55,102 bases of DNA from an uncultured bacterium (GTDB lineage: Bacteria > Patescibacteriota > Minisyncoccia > Phycocordibacterales > UBA9973). A model generated the notes under the pieces. The model was not told the DNA's origin and made no database searches. It saw only the letters and a list, made by a program, of their open reading frames with translations. Positions 9,144-17,271 of the stretch are shown one piece after another. The translations under genes and the position numbers were made by a program. Position 1 is the stretch's first letter. Each line of letters begins with the position of its first letter. The DNA lies in assembly GCA_937903035.1 (NCBI GenBank), contig CALCZP010000003.1, positions 131,156-186,257 on the forward strand. Reading direction: 5' to 3'.

Positions 9144-9617
9144 TTATGCAACTGCGCGATCGCCACCAGTGAGGTGGAGTTCACCTTCGGCAAGTTCAAT
9201 GAGTTCATAGTGCCAGTTCACTCCTTCTTCGGCGAGTGTCATGAGACCTTCGTTGTTCATGCCCTCAGCTGCACCACGTACGAGTGCCCAGTGGACGACC
9301 GCCGCACCTTCAAAGAAGCCACTCCACTCCATGAGTTCGGTCGCATTATCCCATTGATCGCCGACATAGAGATCACGCATCTGTTTGAGCTTATCCTCGG
9401 TCTTGGTTGCCTTGGCAAGGGTAGTGTCAATCATGCCCGCATCAGTTGCGACACGGATGATTTCTTCGCCATGGATACGATTCTTTTCTTCCATATCAAG
9501 TACACGATCAGGGCCGAGTGCTTCTACAAGTGCTGTGTGTCCTTTCTCAAGGGTATCACTTCCGACACGAGTAAAAGCAAGTACTTCTCCCAATTTCTTT
9601 GCTACAAATTCATTCAT
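9144..9617 (-). CDS. hypothetical helical protein (possibly ferritin-like four-helix bundle)
   Basis: 157 aa with protein-like composition; the antisense 173-aa ORF is Cys/Phe-rich and runs into a tRNA. TATACT lies 7 nt upstream of the ATG. Confidence 0.5.
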   Translation of the reverse strand: MNEFVAKKLGEVLAFTRVGSDTLEKGHTALVEALGPDRVLDMEEKNRIHGEEIIRVATDAGMIDTTLAKATKTEDKLKQMRDLYVGDQWDNATELMEWSGFFEGAAVVHWALVRGAAEGMNNEGLMTLAEEGVNWHYELIELAEGELHLTGGDRAVA

Positions 9618-9685
9618 ATAGGGGAGTATAACGCGGGGTTTCCTTTTGTGCTATTGCGCTATACAATCTCAGTACCAGCAACAAA

Positions 9686-9759
9686 GGGAGTATAGCTCAG
9701 TTGGTTAGAGCATCGAGCTTATACCTCGACGGTCGATGGTTCGAATCCATCTACTCCCA
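9686..9759 (+). tRNA. tRNA-Ile, anticodon UAU
   Basis: Cloverleaf GGGAGTA/TACTCCC acceptor; anticodon stem TCGAG/CTCGA; loop CTTATAC with anticodon TAT at 9720-9722; T-arm GATGG-TTCGAAT-CCATC. CCA is not encoded. Confidence 0.85.
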
Positions 9760-9766
9760 CAACATA

Positions 9767-9796
9767 TTGACATTTTTGTAATTTTGTGCTAAAAAT
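9767..9796 (+). promoter_or_regulatory. candidate promoter for the lipoprotein gene
   Basis: TTGACA (9767-9772), a 17-18 nt spacer, then TAAAAAT. The spacer also contains TAATTTTG. Confidence 0.4.
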
Positions 9797-9857
9797 ACAA
9801 AAAATCAATTCACCCCTTTTAGAGGGACATTAGCTCATTTAAAACAACACAATAAAT

Positions 9858-11456
9858 ATGAAACAAGTCATGCTAACTACTCTAGTGGTAGTACTTTTTG
9901 CATCCTGCTCAAAAAAAGATGCCGTCGTAGCTCCTCCGGCTGAGATCCTAACAAGTCTCATCAAGGATTCTGGCTATACTGACCAAACAGTTGCGTCTCC
10001 CAAGACAAAGCTTGTGATTGGAAAAATGTCTTATACCGCAGGGGTAGACAATAAGGGTATCAAGAAAATCATGCCCTCATTTGTCCTTAGCGGTATATCG
10101 CTTAGTTCGATCAAGAACTTTTATTGTCGTATCACCCGTGAAGGTGACAGTGCAAATGCAGTATTTACGCTTTCTCCGTCTGCACCAGTACTTGATGGCA
10201 CAATCATCAATACTGATGGAAAGTTTGCTTCTATAAACAACGGCAAGTACACCATTTGGTGGTATGCCGATATAAATGGAGTGCAGACTGGAAATTTGTA
10301 TCTGAAAACAAGTATTGAGTATTTGACATCAGGTATAGCAAAAACAATAGATTTTGTTCGAGGCCAAACGATTACGTTTGCAACAGCAAAACTTGCTACT
10401 GCAGTAAGTGCGACAACGCCGTTATCAAAAAATGTACAAGCAGGTGGCGAGCGTTCAACACTTGATATTGACCTAACTGCATCTGGTGGTTGGATCGATA
10501 TTGTTAGTGCTCAGGTACGGATCGAAGATGCGACCGTTATTTCCGATACAAAAGGATATGATGGTACTAGTCCGATTGGGTTCATTGCGTATAGTGCTAC
10601 TGGAACAGTAACTAAAACGATTCCACTGAACCTTACTATTCCAGATGGTCAAACAGCGACAGTATCATTCAAACATTTGTTGAAACAGATTACTGGTGCA
10701 AGTCAATCTCAAACCAATATTAAAACGACGTTGGTGAGCGTGACGTACAAAAACCAATTTGGGGAAACAAAAACAAATGACACTGCAAGAGAAGGGAATG
10801 ATATCTATGTATATCGTTCGTTACTTGTTGCAGAGTCGGTACCTCAAAGTAATTTACAGCTCGGCAATGGGGTTCGTCGCAAGATGGCTACCCTAAAACT
10901 CACCCCTCAAGGTGATGGATCATTGGCACAAATTACGTATACACTTAACTTCCTGAACACCTTTGGTAATGTATACCAATCGTTAGACAATCTAGAATGC
11001 TGGATCAATGGTGTAAATGTCACTACTATGGTGATATTTAGTACCAAGCAATACCAGTACATAAGTTCAGTTAGTCCACAAATAATGAACCCCTTCATGG
11101 GTGACTCATTGTTGTATATGAAGTATGTCGGTGGTTCAGGAGAATATCCTATTTCAGCTATCGTTACGGTAGAGATTTATGCCACCCCGCAAAACTTTTG
11201 GTGGGGAAATGCCGTTGAGTTTGGAGTAGCATACGATACGCCAGCTCCGCTGATCGGTAGCACATATCTTGTTGCTTCTGCATTTAACCAAAACCTCATG
11301 ACGCTTTCATCAAGTCGATATACTCCAGGTACAACACCTGCGATTATTTACTCTGATAAAAGTGCAGGACCACAGCACACTGCAGTACCGGGAGGAAATT
11401 CTCCTGACTGGTTCAAGATTGCTTGCGGATCTCAGCAAACGTTTTATGCAAATTAG
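9858..11456 (+). CDS. large predicted lipoprotein of unknown function (532 aa)
   Basis: Signal peptide with lipobox LFAS-C (MKQVMLTTLVVVLFASCSKKD). The mature part is beta-rich and Thr/Ser/Gly-rich, and I recognised no family. Confidence 0.7.
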   Translation: MKQVMLTTLVVVLFASCSKKDAVVAPPAEILTSLIKDSGYTDQTVASPKTKLVIGKMSYTAGVDNKGIKKIMPSFVLSGISLSSIKNFYCRITREGDSANAVFTLSPSAPVLDGTIINTDGKFASINNGKYTIWWYADINGVQTGNLYLKTSIEYLTSGIAKTIDFVRGQTITFATAKLATAVSATTPLSKNVQAGGERSTLDIDLTASGGWIDIVSAQVRIEDATVISDTKGYDGTSPIGFIAYSATGTVTKTIPLNLTIPDGQTATVSFKHLLKQITGASQSQTNIKTTLVSVTYKNQFGETKTNDTAREGNDIYVYRSLLVAESVPQSNLQLGNGVRRKMATLKLTPQGDGSLAQITYTLNFLNTFGNVYQSLDNLECWINGVNVTTMVIFSTKQYQYISSVSPQIMNPFMGDSLLYMKYVGGSGEYPISAIVTVEIYATPQNFWWGNAVEFGVAYDTPAPLIGSTYLVASAFNQNLMTLSSSRYTPGTTPAIIYSDKSAGPQHTAVPGGNSPDWFKIACGSQQTFYAN

Positions 11457-11471
11457 TGTTGTCTATAGCTC

Positions 11472-11502
11472 AAAATCCCCACCTAGAAGTGGGGATTTTT
11501 TT
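11472..11502. terminator. bidirectional intrinsic terminator overlapping the recG stop
   Basis: AAAATCCCCAC-CTAGAA-GTGGGGATTTTTTT. Confidence 0.75.
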
Positions 11503-13693
11503 ATTCAAAGTGCATGTCCTGCATGTACGCAATTTTTTTCTTGAGCACTGGATGTGCAGTGAGTGTTTGATCACTTGCAACAAGTGCGATAGCTGATTGA
11601 CGCGCAGCTTCAACAAGCTTTAGGTTCCGCAGTGCTTCCATGCCGATATCAGAGATACCCCACTGTTTCGTACCAGTGAGCTCGCCAGTACCCCGAAGTC
11701 CGAGGTCGTACTCTGCAAGTTCAAAGCCGTTTTTTGCGGTGATGAATAGCTTCATACGTTCCTTGGTCTTGTCACTTTTGGCATCAGCAAAGAGGAAACA
11801 ATACGGCTGATGGCTGCTACGCTGTACACGGCCTCGAAGCTGATGGAGTTGTGAGAGTCCAAAACGCTCGGCACCCTCGATGATGATCACGGTGGCGTTG
11901 GGCACATTCACCCCCACTTCCACGACTGATGTCGCGACTAGAATATCTGTTTCATGGTTTGCAAATGCGCGCATTGCTTCCTCTTTTTTTTCTTTGGTCA
12001 TCTTGCTATGGAGGACATCCACGATGAATTCAGGGAATATCTCATTTCCCAAGCGTTCCGCTTCGGTCATAACAGATTTTGCAATCACTGCAGCTTCTTT
12101 GGTGGGGTCAACTTCATCAATACGTGGACAGATGACATAGGCTTGGCGACCCTCCCCAAGGAGTGTGCGGATCTTTGCATACACTTCATCACGCTTGGTT
12201 GGGAGTACGAGCTCAGTTGCGACTTGTTTGCGACCGTGTGGCATCTGGTCAAGGATTGAGAGGTCGAGGTCACCGTAGATAGTAAGTGCAAGGGTGCGGG
12301 GGATCGGTGTTGCCGTCATCGAGAGGAGGTGAGGAAAGTGTGTGTCTTTCTTCGCAAGGCCTTTGCGCTGGTTGAGTCCAAAGCGATGTTGCTCATCAAT
12401 GATCGCAAGGGCAAGGTGTTTGAATTCTAAACTCTTTTGGATGAGTGTGTGTGTACCGATCACGATAGGGATCTCACCATTTGCAATCCATTTTGCAAGC
12501 TGTGTCCGTGAGATGGTGGTCCACGGTGTTTGTGCAGACGCGACTTTAGTAGGAAATTTTCGGCAGCCGCTCCCGGTGATGAGTGCGATGGAGATCCCGC
12601 TATCCTTGAAGAGCTCGATGAATGACTCAAACTGTTGTGTTGCGAGGATTTCGGTTGGTGCCATATACGCGACCTGGAGATTTCCATAGGTCTGTACTTT
12701 CTCTTTTTTTGTATTGAGCGGGCGATTCATGACGGTCGCATATGCAGCTATTGCTGCGACAGCGGTCTTGCCGGAGCCAACGTCACCTTCGAGGAGTCGT
12801 GACATAGGTACTTCTCGCTCAAGGTCTGCGAGAATATGCCCGACGGCGTTTTGTTGTGCATTAGTGAGATCAAAGCCGAGCTTTTTGATAAACCATGCAG
12901 TATCGAGGCTTTGTGTGTCGATGCGATATGCCTGTTTTGCTTTGAGTTCGGCACGTTCTTTTTGGCGAGCAACATTGATAGAAAAGATTTCATCAAAAGC
13001 AAAACGTTTTCGTGCAATCACTGCATCATCTTTGGACTTTGGTGTATGGATCCAAATGAAGGCACTTTTCAGTCCAGGAAGTGAGTAGGATTTTAAAATA
13101 GCATCAGGGATATGATCAGCAATATCCGGAAGTGATGCAAGTGCACGACCTACCGCATGATGGAACCATTCACTCGACACACCTTTGGTCTCAGGATAGA
13201 GCGGGGTCAGTACGCCATCTGATGCAATAAGTGATGCACTCTCCGTATTTCCAAAGAGACTATCATGGCTATCGATCGGTAGGGTCTTTTCTTCTCTGAT
13301 AGACGGGTTGATGAGGGATGGCTTGTCTTTGTAGACACTGACTTTGCCGGTGAGTTCAACCGGACTTCCAACTGAAAGCATTTTTGCGAGGTAGGGCTGA
13401 TGAAACCATGTGGCATGAATAGTGCCACTCATATCCTCAATCACTGCTTCACTCATAGCGACCTTGGTCTTCCATGACTTTTTCATGGAGATAGATTTCA
13501 CGGTACCACGGATAGTCGCGGTCTCACCGTCGCGTAATCCTTTAATAGAAGTGAAGAGTGAGATGTCAGCATACCGACTTGGGAAGTGGTAGAGCAAATC
13601 ACGTACTGAAACGATACCGAGTCGGCGCAAGCCGACTCGGGTGGTATCTTTGAGTCGTATCAAATCTGAAACAGGTGACTCAAGGGTGAGCAT
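11501..13693 (-). CDS. recG: ATP-dependent DNA helicase RecG
   Basis: N-terminal wedge/OB region; GDVGSGKTAVA Walker A; IIDEQHRFG (DEQH box); C-terminal TRG-like region. Confidence 0.95.
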   Translation of the reverse strand: MLTLESPVSDLIRLKDTTRVGLRRLGIVSVRDLLYHFPSRYADISLFTSIKGLRDGETATIRGTVKSISMKKSWKTKVAMSEAVIEDMSGTIHATWFHQPYLAKMLSVGSPVELTGKVSVYKDKPSLINPSIREEKTLPIDSHDSLFGNTESASLIASDGVLTPLYPETKGVSSEWFHHAVGRALASLPDIADHIPDAILKSYSLPGLKSAFIWIHTPKSKDDAVIARKRFAFDEIFSINVARQKERAELKAKQAYRIDTQSLDTAWFIKKLGFDLTNAQQNAVGHILADLEREVPMSRLLEGDVGSGKTAVAAIAAYATVMNRPLNTKKEKVQTYGNLQVAYMAPTEILATQQFESFIELFKDSGISIALITGSGCRKFPTKVASAQTPWTTISRTQLAKWIANGEIPIVIGTHTLIQKSLEFKHLALAIIDEQHRFGLNQRKGLAKKDTHFPHLLSMTATPIPRTLALTIYGDLDLSILDQMPHGRKQVATELVLPTKRDEVYAKIRTLLGEGRQAYVICPRIDEVDPTKEAAVIAKSVMTEAERLGNEIFPEFIVDVLHSKMTKEKKEEAMRAFANHETDILVATSVVEVGVNVPNATVIIIEGAERFGLSQLHQLRGRVQRSSHQPYCFLFADAKSDKTKERMKLFITAKNGFELAEYDLGLRGTGELTGTKQWGISDIGMEALRNLKLVEAARQSAIALVASDQTLTAHPVLKKKIAYMQDMHFE

Positions 13694-13698
13694 AGGTG

Positions 13699-14166
13699 TT
13701 AGTGCATGCAGGTACCGTCGTCAGGACAGTCGCATTTCTTGTCGCTGTGCAGTTTGCAAATGTTGTCCTTGCAGTCAGAACAGTTGGTACAAATACCGCA
13801 TCCACATGTGTTACCGTGTTTCATACTGAGCCAGTTGAGCTTTTGGATAATCCAAAGTCCAAGCATAGTGAGTCCTGGAATAAGTCCATTTGCTCCAAGC
13901 ATAAACTCTGATGCAATTGCAGCACCGAGATATGCAGTACCAATGAGAACTGCAATGTTGCGAGTTGGACGCCAGATCAATGCTAGAACGATCACTATCT
14001 CGATCCAGCCAAGTGCAACACGGAATCCTTCGAGGTGAAGGGTGTCGAGCATTTGAACTGCCATAGGTGCACTTGTAAGTTTGCCATATGCACTCATGAG
14101 GAACATTGCTGAAACGATCCCAATAAGGACAATCTTGATAATCCGAACAATGGTGTATTTATTCAT
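13699..14166 (-). CDS. DoxX-like 4-TM membrane protein with a Cys-rich C-terminal tail
   Basis: Four hydrophobic helices followed by HGNTCGCGICTNCSDCKDNICKLHSDKKCDCPDDGTCMH. The stop is 5 nt upstream of the recG start. Confidence 0.65.
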   Translation of the reverse strand: MNKYTIVRIIKIVLIGIVSAMFLMSAYGKLTSAPMAVQMLDTLHLEGFRVALGWIEIVIVLALIWRPTRNIAVLIGTAYLGAAIASEFMLGANGLIPGLTMLGLWIIQKLNWLSMKHGNTCGCGICTNCSDCKDNICKLHSDKKCDCPDDGTCMH

Positions 14167-14187
14167 ATAGTAGAAAGTGTACCATAC

Positions 14188-14213
14188 AAAAACCGCCCAG
14201 AAGGGCGGTTTTT
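14188..14213. terminator. intrinsic terminator downstream of the RRM gene
   Basis: AAAAACCGCCC-AGAA-GGGCGGTTTTT. Confidence 0.75.
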
Positions 14214-14231
14214 GTACAGGGGGCTGTTTGA

Positions 14232-14516
14232 CTATCGGTCGCGGTGAGGACGATCTCCACCGTTGTTTTCTTTTGGACGAGCGATGTCAACGAAGATAGT
14301 GCGGCCATCAAGCTCGGTGTTGTTGAGCTTGTCAGCTGCAGCAGCTGCTTCAGCTTCGGTAGCGTATTCAACGAAACCGAAACCTTTTGACTTCCCAGTC
14401 ATCTTGTCATAAATGACAGATGCGCTGGTAACGGTCCCAACGGTTGCGAAGTACGCTTGTAATCCTTCGTTGTCGGTCTTGAATGACAAGCTTCCGACGA
14501 ATACTTTATTTTGCAT
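14232..14516 (-). CDS. RRM-type RNA-binding protein
   Basis: RNP2 VFVGSL and RNP1 KGFGFVEY; 94 aa with a Gly/Arg tail. Confidence 0.9.
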   Translation of the reverse strand: MQNKVFVGSLSFKTDNEGLQAYFATVGTVTSASVIYDKMTGKSKGFGFVEYATEAEAAAAADKLNNTELDGRTIFVDIARPKENNGGDRPHRDR

Positions 14517-14587
14517 TATGTCTCTAATTTACTGATTAACGTGAAGCGCCCCTTTCAGGAGTCATTATCACAATGTGCAGCATACCA

Positions 14588-15154
14588 TTACTTGCTCTCT
14601 TTGGGAAGGAAATAGAACAATGGAGGGACCAAGAGAAATAAGTAGCATGCGGTCGGTGAAATGAATGCACTCACTGAAGCGAGGAGGTAAAACAGTGGAC
14701 CCACCAGTCCACGACCCTTGATGCCGACTTTTGTACCATTACCCTGATGAATGAAAAAACGTACCAGACTAAATGAGACTGAGCCTCCAAAGAGAATCAG
14801 GGACGTTGTCATCATTGCAAGTGGGTGGAGTGGGTTTTCGCTCATAACTGATGTTGCAAAGGGAATCAGTGTGAGAAAGAGGAGAAAGAGCATGTTGCTC
14901 CAGAGGATACGGCGAGACGCTATGGTGAGGTGCTTGGTCATTTGGTGGTGGTTCACCCAAAAGATTGCAACTGTCATGAATGAGAGAACAAAGGTGAGCA
15001 CATTAGGGATCAGTGGGATGAGCTCGCGGATACCACTATCGATAGAAGTACTCATGAGGCGAGGGACATGGAGCTCAAGTGCAAGGAGGGTGATGGCGAT
15101 AGCAAAGACGCCGTCGGAAAATTGTTCAAAGCGCGGTGTGGTACTTGGTTGCAT
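14588..15154 (-). CDS. TMEM175/DUF1211-family potassium channel-like membrane protein
   Basis: RFEQFSDGVFAIAITLLALEL signature and six hydrophobic segments. TATACT lies 7 nt upstream of the ATG. Confidence 0.8.
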   Translation of the reverse strand: MQPSTTPRFEQFSDGVFAIAITLLALELHVPRLMSTSIDSGIRELIPLIPNVLTFVLSFMTVAIFWVNHHQMTKHLTIASRRILWSNMLFLLFLTLIPFATSVMSENPLHPLAMMTTSLILFGGSVSFSLVRFFIHQGNGTKVGIKGRGLVGPLFYLLASVSAFISPTACYLFLLVPPLFYFLPKESK

Positions 15155-15214
15155 AGACAGTAGTATATATGAGTCGTGTTTGTTGACAAAGATATTTTAC
15201 AGTATAGTCTGACA

Positions 15215-15411
15215 AAGGATCTCTTGTTTGAGTACAGAAATCGGGAATCATTTCTACCTGCACGCGTGCTTCTAGGATCGCCGCGGCTTGAGCACTTGTA
15301 ATCAGCGTACGGATATTATGAGCAGTTTCGCCTCAACGGCCCCTGTGCAAACTTATGTGTTTTCTTTACTCAGGCAACCCTCTACTATTATTTAAAAGTA
15401 GAGGGTTTTTT
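15215..15411 (+). ncRNA. candidate ~190-nt structured small RNA of unknown class (6S-like by size only)
   Basis: No credible ORF. The closing helix TTGTTTGAGTA (about 15229-15239) pairs with TACTCAGGCAA (about 15367-15377). It ends in a strong plus-strand intrinsic terminator. Upstream is TTGACA (15183-15188) then TATAGT (15203-15208), but with only a 14-nt spacer. Confidence 0.35.
15376..15411 (+). terminator. intrinsic terminator of the orphan transcript
   Basis: AACCCTCTAC-12 nt loop-GTAGAGGGTT followed by TTTTT. Confidence 0.7.
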
Positions 15412-15459
15412 GTATACAAAATTATGATATAGTGTCGCTGTTCTATAATAAGAGAAACT

Positions 15460-15544
15460 GGAGACGTGTCAGAGTGGTCTAATGTACCTCCTTGCTAAGG
15501 AGGCGGGTGTCACAGCCCCGAGAGTTCGAATCTCTCCGTCTCCG
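15460..15544 (+). tRNA. tRNA-Ser, anticodon GCU (class II, long variable arm)
   Basis: Acceptor GGAGACG/CGTCTCC; anticodon arm CCTCC-TTGCTAA-GGAGG; variable arm CGGGTGTCACAGCCCCG; G73 discriminator. Confidence 0.88.
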
Positions 15545-15610
15545 CAAAGTCGTGCCGACACGAGGTATATTGCTTTTAATAAAATACGGAAAGCAATATA
15601 ATAAAGTTAC

Positions 15611-16054
15611 ATGAGTAAAACACATAAAAATGTAATTGTAATTTTCACAGTGTTTCTGATTATAGGATTATTATCTTCTTATTTTTATTGGGGCAAGGAA
15701 ATAATTTCACTAAACTCAACTATTGAAAAATGTACACAAAAAACAAGTATGTTTTTTAAAAAAATGAATACCAAAATAGATCAACAACTCGACTATTCCT
15801 TTGCTGAAAATGATTCAACATTAAAAGCATTACTTGGTAATAAATATAATTATATATCCGAAAAAGATAATAACTGTTACGCCTTAGTAAAAAATTACAA
15901 TTCTATTATAAATGAGTACCGCTATTCTATTTTGAATGCTGATACCGAAGTATTGGAAGTAGTTTTACTTGATCATGATTTAAAAAGTTCATCTTCAAGA
16001 GGATATCAAGAAGAATTCGTATCTAAATATAATCAATTATTTTTGAAAGAGTAA
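15611..16054 (+). CDS. hypothetical membrane-anchored protein (147 aa), very AT-rich
   Basis: N-terminal TM segment VIVIFTVFLIIGLLSSYFYW. Composition is strikingly more AT-rich than the neighbours, and the gene lies just 3' of tRNA-Ser. Confidence 0.5.
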   Translation: MSKTHKNVIVIFTVFLIIGLLSSYFYWGKEIISLNSTIEKCTQKTSMFFKKMNTKIDQQLDYSFAENDSTLKALLGNKYNYISEKDNNCYALVKNYNSIINEYRYSILNADTEVLEVVLLDHDLKSSSSRGYQEEFVSKYNQLFLKE

Positions 16055-16156
16055 AAAGTCCTCACGAGAGGTATAGATTTAGTTTCTGAAAAAGTTTTAG
16101 AATAACCTTATAAGACTTGTTCATCAAAGGTCGGAACCTGAATCTTTCAGCCTAAT

Positions 16157-16187
16157 AAAAAACCACGATAGTATATCGTGGTTTTTT
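16157..16187. terminator. bidirectional intrinsic terminator
   Basis: AAAAAACCACGATA-GTA-TATCGTGGTTTTTT between convergent genes. Confidence 0.75.
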
Positions 16188-16199
16188 ATTACTCTATTT

Positions 16200-16583
16200 T
16201 TAGAGAGTAGGAGCTACAGCAACAGGATTGAGTTTATGGTATGCCTTGTATGAAAATGCGAGGAGTACCATACATACGACCGGTGCAAGAAGTACTGGAG
16301 TGACACCGTCGACAATGAGGAGACTGAGAAATGCAAAGATGAAATCAAATGCAAATCCAGCATAGATCCATTCTTTGCACACACCTTTGATCATTGGGAG
16401 GACAAGTCCAACTGCGCCAACGACTTTGAAGATCGTGAGGAGGGTACCAAAGTATTCAGGATAGCCGAGATGTCGAATACCTTCCTTTGCAAGCTCGCTC
16501 TGTGAGGTGAGTGCCGGCATGAGCCCTTCGAACAAGAAAATAATAATCGTGGTGACCCAAAAAGTGATTTTTGTTGATTTCAT
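16200..16583 (-). CDS. DoxX-like small membrane protein
   Basis: Start trimmed to MKSTKITFWV. There are four hydrophobic helices, and LGYPEYFGTLLTIFKVVGAVGL resembles DoxX-like proteins. Confidence 0.6.
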   Translation of the reverse strand: MKSTKITFWVTTIIIFLFEGLMPALTSQSELAKEGIRHLGYPEYFGTLLTIFKVVGAVGLVLPMIKGVCKEWIYAGFAFDFIFAFLSLLIVDGVTPVLLAPVVCMVLLAFSYKAYHKLNPVAVAPTL

Positions 16584-16627
16584 AGTAGGAGTGTAAATCG
16601 TGGTTAGTAAACATGCAATAAACACTA

Positions 16628-16636
16628 TGGTATTAT
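16628..16636 (+). promoter_or_regulatory. extended -10 box TGgTATTAT 6 nt upstream of ATG 16643
   Basis: TGGTATTAT at 16628-16636 and ATG at 16643. Confidence 0.45.
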
Positions 16637-16642
16637 TTCGTG

Positions 16643-17209
16643 ATGGAAAGTGTAGAGTTTCTCGTAAATGCAAAACCATTGATCACTGTTGTCCACGTGA
16701 TTAGTGTGGTGTTTGGGATGGGTGCTGCACTGATGTCGGATATTCTTTTTACATTCTATGGCAAAGATCGCAAACTCTCAGTGACCGAGGTGTCGACACT
16801 GCGCATCTTGAGTAATGTCGTCTGGATCAGTCTTGTAGTGATCACGCTCAGTGGTGCAGGATTGTTTTTTTCTAATGTGCCGAAATATCTCGCGTCCGTG
16901 AAGTTTCTAGTGAAGATGTCGATCATGATTGTGCTCTTGCTCAATGGCTTTGTTTTGCATCGCCATGTGTCGGAGCAGATGGCATTGCCGCATTTTCTCA
17001 CGAGCCCGCATTTCGCGGCGACCCGTCGTCTCGCATTTGCGTGCGGTGCGATATCAGTGATTTCTTGGATAGCACTTTGTACACTTGGCGTCCTTGATAG
17101 TGTTTCGGTTTCATATGGAGTACTCATGGCAAGCTACGGAGCAGTGATCCTCTGTGGAATCAGTGTTGCGCTCTTGGTTGAGCGAAAAACCTTTGCTGTC
17201 AAAAAATAG
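16643..17209 (+). CDS. hypothetical polytopic membrane protein
   Basis: Five to six hydrophobic segments. I recognised no family. Confidence 0.6.
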   Translation: MESVEFLVNAKPLITVVHVISVVFGMGAALMSDILFTFYGKDRKLSVTEVSTLRILSNVVWISLVVITLSGAGLFFSNVPKYLASVKFLVKMSIMIVLLLNGFVLHRHVSEQMALPHFLTSPHFAATRRLAFACGAISVISWIALCTLGVLDSVSVSYGVLMASYGAVILCGISVALLVERKTFAVKK

Positions 17210-17271
17210 AGATATTCTTGTATCAAGGGGCTAGAATTTTTTCTCATTTCGTACTAGAATCAGACCACCAC

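Noticed and set aside
9174-9695. 173-aa plus-strand ORF antisense to the 157-aa gene.
   Set aside because: It is Cys/Phe/His-rich and its 3' end runs into tRNA-Ile. The minus-strand frame has normal protein composition and a TATACT box 7 nt from its ATG.
15155-15411. Possible riboswitch (for example c-di-AMP/ydaO) in the 5' UTR of the TMEM175-like potassium channel gene on the minus strand.
   Set aside because: The terminator's U-tract is on the plus strand only, and a TATACT box sits 7 nt from the channel ATG, leaving no leader. I could not find the conserved ydaO motifs (GGGGA..CCA, GGGGUGAAUC).
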